From the NCBI RefSeq assembly GCF_000150275.1, contig NW_002060951.1, positions 2,056,297 through 2,120,296 of the forward strand: DNA of 64,000 bases, written 5' to 3'. The notes under the pieces are model-generated. The model was not told the DNA's origin. It made no database searches and worked only from the letters and a program-made list of their open reading frames with translations. The stretch's first letter is position 1. Each line of letters starts with the position of its first letter. The position numbers and the translations under genes are program-made. Source of the DNA: Trichoplax adhaerens (Eukaryota > Animalia > Placozoa). Below, in pieces: positions 53,453-64,000 of this stretch.

Positions 53453-56400
53453 ATGGCCGACAGCGATGATGATTACGATTCTAGAGAACGTGAACGCGAT
53501 AAATTTCGCCGTGAAAGGAACGATTTAAATGATCGACAACGTAGCCGCGATGGCAGAGGCAGTGGTAGCAGTAGTTCGTATGATAAAAGACGGAATGATA
53601 GCTCATCATGGGATTCCCGACGTAATCGAAAACGTTCCTTTGATTATCGCGACTATGATCGAGGTCATGGAAGATCTAATCGTGGTTCAAGTCCCCCCAG
53701 TAAAAGAAATCGAGACTGGTAAGCAAGCGTTATATTTCAGTTGGAAGACTAATTTGCAAAATGACACATACTTAAAAATACAAATTGAAGGTAAACATCT
53801 TTGATAGTGTTGTTCATTCGTAGTGAGACTCATTACCTGAAAGTAGGTGTTAGTAATGTACAGCACTTGTAGAATCTCAATCATAGTATGCAGGCAGCGG
53901 TTCAGGATTCATGATGGCGGCAATAGCAGTAGTCATCAAGTATAAAAAGTAGCTTTCAATACATTTGTAATACATTTTTAGATTTTAATGTGTCAGTACC
54001 AATGATAGGCAACGCTCCAGCAGTTCCCGATTCATGATTGTGACAATAGTCATGAAGTATTAAAGTAGCTTTCGATACCTTGGTAATGCATTTTTAGATG
54101 TCTAATATGTTGGTCGTACATAGCGTGAAAGCTTGCGTAGCTGGCATTGCCTTCTTTTACTTGTTGTCAAGCTAAAATGCTATCAGTAGACATTAGTGTA
54201 CTAATGTGAAGCTACAAGATTTTGACAGTCGGCATTTATGAATGCAATAGACTGATACACGTATTTCCCTGATAGGATACGCTACGATACGCATACTGTG
54301 TAACTGGATAGAAATGCATACTTATTAAGCTTATTTATGTATTTCTATCCAGTTGCTTAACTTTATAAAATGAATACTTTACCTGAATCATGTAATAACT
54401 CCAGAATGAATTTATTTATTCTTAGAGAGCATCATTACCTACATAATGGTATGAGTATTTTACAATTATCCATTTACTAGATTCTATCGTGATATTTCGA
54501 TAGACGAGCTACTATACATCGGAGCAAAAGTAATTCTAGCTGCAATATATTACTATATTGGTTTATTGCTCGTTATAAATGGCTACAATCTAGTGGATTG
54601 AAATTTGAAATATTGATAGGGAACAAGGTGTGGACCACTTCTATCGTGACGAATCTGAGAGACGTCTGCCTCCTTTACACCATCAACACCAGCCGGCCTA
54701 TGAATATATGCCTAATTACGTCAATGACTTTCATCAGTTCAACTCTCGCCCGTAAGTTGATGTCGTTTAAAGAAATAGCACCTTTAAAAGCCATACTATT
54801 TACGGTGGTATGAGGGTGTTTAAGCAATCAACGAATTCCATCGACTTTAGCTGTAGCATGAAAATAAAGTACTAACACAATCATGCGTGTAATTGCAGGG
54901 ATACTTATGGTGGTAATGTTAGTAGTACTGGTAGTGCTGCAAGCATGATGACCTTCAAACAGTTTCTGAACAGTTTAAGTGATGAAATTGATGAAGAGGA
55001 TGCTATTAAGAAATATAACGAATATAAATTAGATTATAAGAGAACTCACTGTAAGAAGTTTTTCATGATCCACAAAGGGGAAGACTGGTAATTACAAATT
55101 GATGTAAAGCTGATTGCTAATTTCGTATTCGGGTTATACTTAACTGGAAATCCTCATAAATAAGTTAACAATAGCTTGCGTTTTCTTCAGAAAGGATCGC
55201 TTAATATCCCTTGAAAAAATTGTGCAACCCTATCTTGTAGGTTTCGACAGAAATATCATCCGGTTGATTCTAGTGCTAAGACCGAATACTTGAAAGATAA
55301 TGTAGTGAAAAGGCTGCTAACATTCATGGAAATGTATGATAATGACCGATTAAGTGATGTGCCATTGCATCACGATAATACTATGAATGTTACGCGGATA
55401 CTTGATGAATGTAAGTTTATGATATAGTAATGCATTATACAGTATTTTCTGATATTGTCGTTGTAGAATACGGTTAATCAACCTTCTTCTCCTTTAAAGT
55501 TGTGATTAGATTAGAAGGTGGAACCGATGATGATGCAGAGCTCCTGGACAACGAAGTACGAGAAACCGATGTCCCTGACAAACCCAAGGTTCTTAATAGT
55601 ATATATATATTCATATTACGTATATAAATTATCAAGCGAAGTAATAATATTTTTTGATTCGTAATTGATTATTATTCAAGAACCGTAACGTGTAACTGTC
55701 ATTCATTTTTATTAATTTATAATATGAAATCGTATTAAAACTTTAGCTTCAAACTGAAGCTACTGAAATAGAAGAAACTGGAAATGGTAATTACGGTATT
55801 GCTAGCGATTTAACTATACATTAACTGTACATGCATAAACAGCACCACAATGCCAAACTCTTATAACACTTGGATTATATTTTAAAATACTTAGAATCAG
55901 ATAGTGAGAACAAAGAAGATGCAGCGAAAGTAAGTATTAGCAGTACAGAAATTACTTTCTTGATTGGAAATGATCTTTGATGGTTATTGGTAGTTTTTCA
56001 TTCGTATTGATCTATTTTAACAAGCCTTTTGACTTGTATTTTGATGTGTTTAGTTATATAATTATACAAACCTGAAGTCTTATATGTTTTATTAATGGAA
56101 CAATTATGTGATTTTGCCACTAACTATACAGGATGAAACTGAAAGCCGTGATTCAAAACGTGGAGGTGCTTACGAAACTGAAAGAAATTTTAAACATTAT
56201 AATTTGTTATTCAGGACTTGTTCTAGATATAACTAGTAAAAATTTGTATTAATTTATTTCAATTTATTAACGTTTTGTGTGTTAGAAGATGACGAAGGTT
56301 ACATAGAAGAGGTAATAAAATACAATATTTATTTTACGTATGTAAGGCAGGACTTATAATAATTATTTTCGTAATCTTGATGCTTGGCAATTGTTAGGGC

Positions 56401-59101
56401 GATGATGAAAATGATAGTAAACGGAGCGAAAATCTTGATATGAGCAAGGTATGCAGATATTCTTTTGGTTCGTAATAGTGATGATAACTTACAACGAATG
56501 ACCTAACCAACTAACCACTGTACACTATACAGCGAGTCATGGACTATTAGGCCATCTTGTTAATTCATATTAACTCATGTGGTTGGTTAGTTAATTAGGT
56601 CAATTGGCTGTTAGTTGACATCACTAGTTTACAATTTGAGGGATACCTAGCATTAATTTTGAAATAATTAATAGGTTGCCTTCATGTTATATTTAGCAAT
56701 ACATGCATTTGCTTAATAAAATATTTTCCCAATGGAATATTCTTTAGAATTCTAACAGCAATGAAATAGGTGACGTCAAACGTAGAAAATTTCACAAAAA
56801 TTTATCGATATTTTTGCGAAATTTAGCACCAGTTATCTCAAAGACTGATATCGAATCGGTGTGACATTTAATTAATATGCCTTTCATATCTTTATATTAA
56901 TCTCTTTTCTATGTTGTATATTCTATATTATTTCTATCAGATCTAGGAAGACTTAACTTTTACCTTCATTTATTAGGTAGTTTCCCAGTATGAAGGTTTT
57001 ATTCGGGTGGCTGTTGGCGAAGTAATGCCAGATAAAAGGTAAGGAGATTTTAAGTTTTAAGTTGCATTATATGTTAAAGATTTCTTAACAACCTAATGAT
57101 TAGTAATTTTAATAGATTTTACAGACATGCTTGGGCTACTTTTGAAAGTACTGTCGATATTAGAGAAACTTGTAATAAAATCAACGGGTCAAAAGTTTGT
57201 ATCTCTTTTTAGTTTACTTGAATGATACAGTACGGATACTAGTTACTGATTCTTTAATCATTATTTGTTTTAGATTCGCAAGTTTGAATTGTATGCAACT
57301 TTAAATAGGGAGCTTAATCGTCGTATACGTTCGATTGCTGGTTATGCTGCGCATAAACCTTGTGTAGAAAATGACATTATGTTAGCATCAAAGCTAGCAA
57401 AATTCTTAGATAACAAATATTCGTTATGGATTAGCGAAAAGGTATAATTTGAATAAGATTATTACTAGGAACAATGTTAATTCCTCCTTTGTAACGTAGC
57501 AGGCAATTATGGTATTCGAACACAAAAATTAAATGAATATAATATCAAATTATTTTTAGAAACATCCAGAACTGCTGGCTTTAAACTATGAGACTAATCC
57601 GATTTTAGAAAAGATCGATAAACTAAGCCTGCCAGAAAGCGAAGAATTGCAGGAAGATGAAGATAGCAATACGGAATATGACGTAGATGTTAATAAAGAT
57701 CTTCTGCAGGTATGGAAACACCAGTTTTATTTATACTTCGCATAATTTGTTCTATACATAATGGAGTTTTAATTGTGATACAGGTATTGGATCGACTACT
57801 CCTGTATTTACGCTTAGTACATTCAGTCGATTACTATGGTGGTTCTGAGTATATTTATGAAGACGATATGCCACATCGTTGCGGCATATTGACAGTTCGT
57901 GGGAAATCAGCTCCAAAAATACAATATAAAGAAAGTGTGTATTATTACTATGATATGATATTTTAATGCCTCAGTTGTTACCAGGTTATTTATCTGTTTA
58001 AGATATTAGTGAATGTGCGGTGTATTAGATCATTAACAATCTAACATTTTCGTACTTTATATCGAACCTAGTTAAATATTGGAAAGATAGTATGGCCAAA
58101 AAAACAAGTCCTCGATTTCAAGAGCCACCAGCTCGTTTGACTGACAAAGAGTGTGAACAGTTAGGATCAAAAGATCCGGAAAAATATCCTCTACAGTTTC
58201 ATGATGTTGTTTATTATATGATATATATATAATCAACTAATGATATATTTTCAGTTTTGTTACAAATAAATTCCTTAACCACATAGCTACGGAAGTGGAA
58301 GCTTTCATTAAAGAAAATACTAAAGAGCTATCGTCAGAAAAATGGTTATGTCCATTAAGTGGTAAAAAATTTCGTGGCCCTGAATTTGTAAAGAAGCACA
58401 TATTTAATAAACATTCTGATAAAGTCGATGAAGTGCGGGCTGAGGTATCATTAAGTTACGACGAAAGTATAGGTTACTTTTAGATATTATCTACATACAG
58501 TAGTATAGATCCAATTCATTATCTTTCTTCTGATACCATATTTTAAAATACAAGTTCAATTTTATTCAAGGTTGAGTTCTTTCATAACTTCTTGCGAGAT
58601 CCTAATCGCCCGGAGGAAGTCGAACCTAGTCTTAACAGACGTTCTGGTACAGGAAATGCCAGAGGACCACCTCCTCCACCTTTGGGTTGGCCGCGCCCTA
58701 TGAACTGGGGTCCACCTGTTCAGCCGCCATTAATGATGAATGATGGTTAGCGCTTGCAGTTTTTATGTATATGATTTGGTGAAAATATTGATACAAACTT
58801 TCTTTGATCACTGGGTTGTATAAAACAATCTTGATTGAATTTAAAATTTCAGGGAGAAGGCCTCCTTTCGGATCTTATCCGGCAGCTCCGCCAATGACTC
58901 CTCGTATGAGGCCATCTCCATCTAGCAGGTACCAATTATATATCTCGTGTAAATGACGTTCTTTCTAGTACGTTTTCATAGTTATTTATTACACAAAATT
59001 ACATGAATATCCATATAATATATTTTAGGCATCGATCTGATCCAAGAAAACTTCTCAATTATCATGATCTTGATGCTCCAGATGAAAATGATCTTTATTA
59101 A
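53453..59101 (+). CDS. SRRT: Serrate RNA effector homolog (Ars2), multi-exon
   Basis: [160 protein letters not shown]; TAA at 59099-59101. Confidence 0.96.
53893..54115. repeat. Diverged two-copy ~120-bp direct repeat in an SRRT intron
   Basis: gattcatgat..caatag..tcat(c/g)aagtat..aagtagctttc(a/g)atac..gtaat(a/g)catttttagat repeated. Confidence 0.75.
56476..56626. mobile_element. Degenerate MITE (hAT-like ends) in an SRRT intron
   Basis: Ends TAGTGATG.../...CATCACTA with ~45-bp imperfect arms (TGACCTAA..AACTAACCAC versus GTGGTT..TTAGTT..TTAGGTCA). Flanks gttcgtaa / gtttacaa resemble a decayed 8-bp TSD. Confidence 0.6.
58184..58290 (+). other. U12-type AT-AC intron in SRRT
   Basis: Donor ATATCCTC at 58184, branch TTCCTTAAC at 58271-58279, AC at 58289-58290. 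Join gives DPEK|[10 protein letters not shown] in frame. Confidence 0.92.
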
Positions 59102-60537
59102 TTGAAATACTTTTAGAATATTAATGATGCCTTTAGCCTATCACGACTTTTCGATTCCTATAACCAACCTGTTATGTTTTTAGAATGTTGTTCTTGTAAG
59201 ACGTTACTTCTACGCGTATACGCAATCAAGCAATACATAAATTTGTAGCTATAATCTTCACATGAGAGAATATTACTATGTACTGCTCTTTCCAGTAATG
59301 ATATGTGCATCATTCGAAATTTTATTATACGATAAAACATTAAAATTGAAGTGCAACATAAAATTGTCTCATGTTTTAACATCAGATACTGATCGGAAAC
59401 TCAAAATACTTATACATATGACATTCTACGAGCATGTTTTTATTTCTAGGGTATTCTTTTTTTGGGCACTATTGCATATTGACCTTCAAATTATGATCTG
59501 TACAAGATGGAGTTCTATTCATAAACAATACAGAGGAGGGATTATAACTATCTACTCTAGCCATAGTTGTTAATTAGAATGTTATTAGTCATCAAGATAA
59601 CAATGAGTGTAAGCAAGATTTGCGAATTAGGCAAGCAGCAGCATAACATCTTGAGATTTTAATTATTATGACAGGTATTACTATTTCGCCTTTGAACTAT
59701 ACACTTATTATATTATATTTATGAGCCATAATCATGACGTGCACGACTTGTAGAGTGACGTATGACTAGTCATAACTAGCTCAATACATTTACGTACATT
59801 AATATTGGCGCTACATGAAATTATGATACTGTAAAATCACTTGTGAACAGTAGGCAAAGACGGTCATTTACTATGGCTTTAAGTAGCAAAGCTTAACCAC
59901 ACTTTTTAGTGGTCATCTTGCTCATGTCATTCCTCTTGATATGATGAACCTGCTCAGGTCAAGTTTGTAATGATTAAATAATCTAGAATGTTTTGCGATG
60001 ATTTACTTATTGACACCAGCAATACATGATTTCAAATCAATGTTTACGTTTAAACTTGAAGGGGACTATCTAATGAACATTGCACGTATATGTGAACAAT
60101 CATTCATTCAATTTTTGTTATCTCCAGAGTCACAAAGACATATAGACTGCAAATTAACAAAAAATTATAAAATTTCAACAATTTTGTAAAATGAAGTAGT
60201 GCTGTATACAGTATTTAAAAACAACATTCTGTATGGTATGTGTATTCCTTGAACGTCAGTATAGTAAACTTCCCAATTTTCAATATGATACAGTTTGTGA
60301 GTTATAAATGTATATATACTGTACTTATATATAATTAATTAACAAGTACTTGGTATATCATTTGTACTTGCGTATGGCAGTGTGCAAATAAGCTGTTACT
60401 TTTATGGCTTTCTGTCGTTCAACAGTAGGATAAAATAAACGAAGCTTAAAAAGTGCTTTTGATATCTTTAATTAAAAGTCTTGATTAATGTTGCATTTTT
60501 TAGTGGTAGTTTGTCTGTCTGTCTGTAACCTTTCTTT

Positions 60538-61100
60538 ATACTGTACTGTACAGTGTACAGTACTATACAGGACAGCACTTACTGTACTTTACATTGTACT
60601 GTACAGTATAGTACTGTACTGTACAGTAGTTCATGATTGTGCATTACACGGTATAAAGTTACTGAACCTCTGACAGGTCTACGACAAATGGTAATACCAT
60701 CTGTTAAATGAGCACATTATCGTAAAGGAGTTTACACTAGTACTACACAAAACGAAACCAATCTAGCAGCTAATTTGGACATCGATCACGGACAGTGCAA
60801 TGTACTGTTACAGACATATGATTCACTTAAAATTGGCAGTAAAATAATCAGCCTCCATATTATGTTATTAGTACTGTACCTTGTTGTCAACAACTGTTAG
60901 CAGTCATATTTCTTTCTTCTTTTAGTAGTCTGTGGTCTCACAGTCATTCATTTTACACTGTACAGTACAGTGTACAGTACAGTACTGTACAGTGAGTGTA
61001 CTGTACGTACAGTACAGCGTACAATGTACAGTACTTTACAGGCCTTTACGTACTGTAGGCCGTTACACTGTACTGTACTGGACAGCGTACAGTACCGCAC
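60538..61100. repeat. Two (TACAG/CTGTA)n arrays upstream of CCDC43
   Basis: Tracts at 60538-60630 and 60955-61100. Confidence 0.85.
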
Positions 61101-61373
61101 ATTACCCTACTTACCGCATGTCTGTTCGCTAGATCAAAAGCTAATGAACCATTTGGTCACTTTTGGTCACAGGTCCACTCTACACAGTACTATAGAGTCT
61201 ACAGTAGATAGCAATGAGCTGAGTCTTGCAAGTTTTATTGCGTTTCCTTGGATTTGTTATTCACCATCAGTCGAAATTTTTGATCATAGTTAGATACATA
61301 TATGTAGCAAGCGAGAATAGGAATCGTAACTAAACTGGATAGTACAATTTGACAACGGAAAGACAGTTTGTAG

Positions 61374-63348
61374 ATGGCATCCCAATTCAATGAATGGCTC
61401 AGCCATCGCCTGCAAGCTATTGGTCTTGATGGTGAAGTGATGGCTAATTACATCATAGCAGCTTTGGAGCAAGAAAGTGATGATAAATATGAATGTGTGC
61501 TTGAAATACTGACTGATTTTACGGTAACATTTAATTATTAAGTGATCGTAAGTTATTACAGAACGTATCTAAATCTAAACTGATAAGCTACACAGAATAT
61601 AAAAGTATATGTGTCAGCATACTCGCCGACATATGCGTATCGTATACTGTAGTACATAGTGACGGAGATGTAGAGTAGAACTATTACGCTTGTGAATTAA
61701 CGTTAATCTTAACCTTAATAGATTGCATTACAGTATTGCGATACAATAGTTTGACTTGTATTTATTCTTATGCTCCTATAACATGGAACAATTTGATATC
61801 ATGTGTTTAGCGGAAATACATCCAGAACACAAAATTACAGAAATTGGCATTTTGCAAATGAAATTCCGTAACAATATTCTCACATCTTTGCTTTTAGCAT
61901 ATTATTACCGCCACAACTCTATTAAATGATAGATGTATATGCAATCAGTATTCCGGTTAAAACCGTTTTCCTACACACATCTTGCTCTAGTTACAAACGC
62001 TGTGATTTGTACGCATTTAGTAAAACGAAAAACCTTTGATAACCTGGATTGTTGCTGCGCAATTTAGGAACAGTCAATGGATGAATTAGCGAAAGAAATC
62101 GTCGATAAGTGGACTGAAAGTCCATCAGATGATGCTAGACTCGGTAAATTAACAATTATGATATATGATTGCTCCAATACAAATATTTGATATGATATTA
62201 CAGTATGCTTGAAACAAAATTGTTCTTATTACTGTAATCATGAATATGATATCCTTTAGTATGCCATCTTTATGAATCAAAGCATTTACTTTTTGATAAT
62301 TAATTTATATATATATATACAGCATATACGAGTATATATATTATTTAGGGCAGTAACTGCACCATATAGTCAATGATAGTAATATGTTTTATGATTCATA
62401 GAATGCAGCCTTTCCAAGACTGCAGAAGGAAGCATCAATATAGAATCGGCATTAAAAAGCGCCATTTCTGATATCGCTACAGTTCAAATACACGAGAGAA
62501 ATGTAATGGATCAGAAGGAGAAAACAGTATGCGAACGTTACGGCTACGAAAGTACAGGAGGAGCGGTCGAAAGGGGATCATATCCTGATTTAAAAGGCTT
62601 ATTACTGCAGGCAATCATGAATCGATGAAATGTTACAATTACCGAAGTTATACAATAATATAATCAGATTACTAAAGCATCTGATGTGAAATACTTCAGC
62701 ATCAGTTCTCAGTGCAAATGCTGTTTGACCAGATTAATATCAAGTATTTGATCACTTAGGGTAGTGAATGATCATTAATTTCATATTACATCGAAGTTAT
62801 TTGTACATTCCGTAATAGATACCTTTCTTTCAAATCGTATCAAGTTAGCAATTGTATTGATATTTATGCAATTCAGAACGCTACCTTAACTTTACGAAAT
62901 GATGACGATGATTTATCGGACAATATGATCTCAGGTATTTTAAAACCTTGACAATAATTCTATATTTATAATCTAACAATCATGATAGATTATGATAGCT
63001 GCTGTTTATCAAACGGTCCATAAAATAGTTATAGGATTTATTACAGATATTATAATTATCAAATAATAATGAGCTCGTAAGAAATTAAACTAGAAAATAT
63101 TTTGACAACTAATGCTTCTTTTCTTTCTCTCGAATCATTCGTGCAATCAATTGTATTTAGATTTCCACCCTAATACCAACACTGCGGCTGTCGCTGTAGA
63201 AGAGCGTCACAAGCGAGAAGAGCAGAAGGCTTCACATGCAGCGCGTGTAGAAAGGGATAAAATTAATAGGCAAAAAGAGAAACAGAAAGTTGCAGATAGA
63301 AAAGAAAGAGAAAAAAAGAGAACGCAAAAGAGAGAAAGAAGGCGTTAG
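61374..63348 (+). CDS. CCDC43: Coiled-coil domain-containing protein 43 (N-terminal PWI-like fold)
   Basis: MASQFNEWLSHRLQAIGLDGEVMANYIIAALEQE..LEILTDFT|EQSMDELAKEIVDKW..; C-terminal NTNTAAV..ERDKINRQKEK..EKKRTQKRERRR*. Confidence 0.88.
62580..62899 (+). other. U12-type intron in CCDC43, probably AT-AA
   Basis: Donor ATATCCTG at 62580, branch CCTTAAC at 62884-62890. Among nearby AN ends, only AA at 62898-62899 restores frame (GS|DDDDLSDNMISD). Confidence 0.65.
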
Positions 63349-64000
63349 CCATTGTGACATCTTCATAGAAATTTTAGCGAACGTTAACAGTTTTCCTGCG
63401 TTTTACCGACTATGTCAGAAGTCTAGCCAGTAACAATGCATGCTCAATTGCATATACGAAGAGGGTTGACAGCTTTGTGTAGTATATTAATATCATATAT
63501 TTTATTATTAGGACTACAGACCTTTTATTTTATCATATCTACTTTTGTTTACGCCAATTATTCTGTAATATTTTCTTATGAAGAATTATACTAATAGCTG
63601 AGATTTCAAAATTTAGTGTTTGGTTACAATACTCTACACCAGGAATGTTAATACCATAAAGTTGCTATTATACAACATAATTTCAGAAATTATTTCATAA
63701 TAGTCCTTTCATCTTGTAGTCTGGATTGCACGATTAACACAGTCATTAATTTTCTGTCAAGTTGTACAAACTTTTTCTCACGATTGTCAGACAAAATGCA
63801 ATTTTTTAGGTTGATACGATGCTTAAGTTGTATAATACTTTCGATGACTTTTTAATGCTGTATACTACTATCATTTGCGTATTTACTAGTGACAGTAGCG
63901 GTATTTTATGCTAGGATTTAAAAATAAATATAACGATATTAATTAACTAGGTAATTCCAGCGTTCACATTGCTTAGAATTACAGGTACATATTTATTGTT

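Noticed and set aside
59941-59960. ATGATGA box C (also 20584-20602 and ~14040-14126) as C/D snoRNAs
   Set aside because: Missing or mis-spaced D box and terminal stem; no guide sequence recognised.
62249-62257. Perfect ATATCCTTT U12 donor inside CCDC43 intron 2 (similar one on - at ~51026)
   Set aside because: No upstream exon or matching branch/AC that yields a frame; likely chance in AT-rich DNA.

Overview
AT-rich, gene-dense eukaryotic DNA with short (mostly 60-300 nt) spliceosomal introns and a clearly metazoan gene set. The style fits a placozoan (Trichoplax-like) genome, but that is inference. Manual splicing gives 10 recognisable genes: GOLGA3 (-, runs off the left edge), UFD1 (-), SIRT4 (+, intronless), NLK (+), STYXL1/MK-STYX (+, essentially missed by the ORF track), CHD1L/ALC1 with an extra C-terminal BRCT (-), DRG1 (+), PHF12 (-), NSRP1/CCDC55 (+), SRRT/Ars2 (+), plus CCDC43 (+) as the 11th and a possible small orphan gene (-). 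Main observations: (1) strand-symmetric (TACAG/CTGTA)n arrays sit at nearly every promoter, including all head-to-head pairs, but not at STYXL1, which has an RFX X-box instead; (2) five U12-type minor introns, including one AT-AC and one that only keeps frame as AT-AA; (3) a 1-nt frameshift in GOLGA3 on an A6 run that is also a phased slippery heptamer; (4) small inverted-repeat (MITE-like) elements and a ~120-bp minisatellite. No rRNA, tRNA, CRISPR or autonomous transposon was found. Most short ORFs in the track are artefacts of the repeats or of intron read-through. Gene identities come from remembered family motifs, not database searches.
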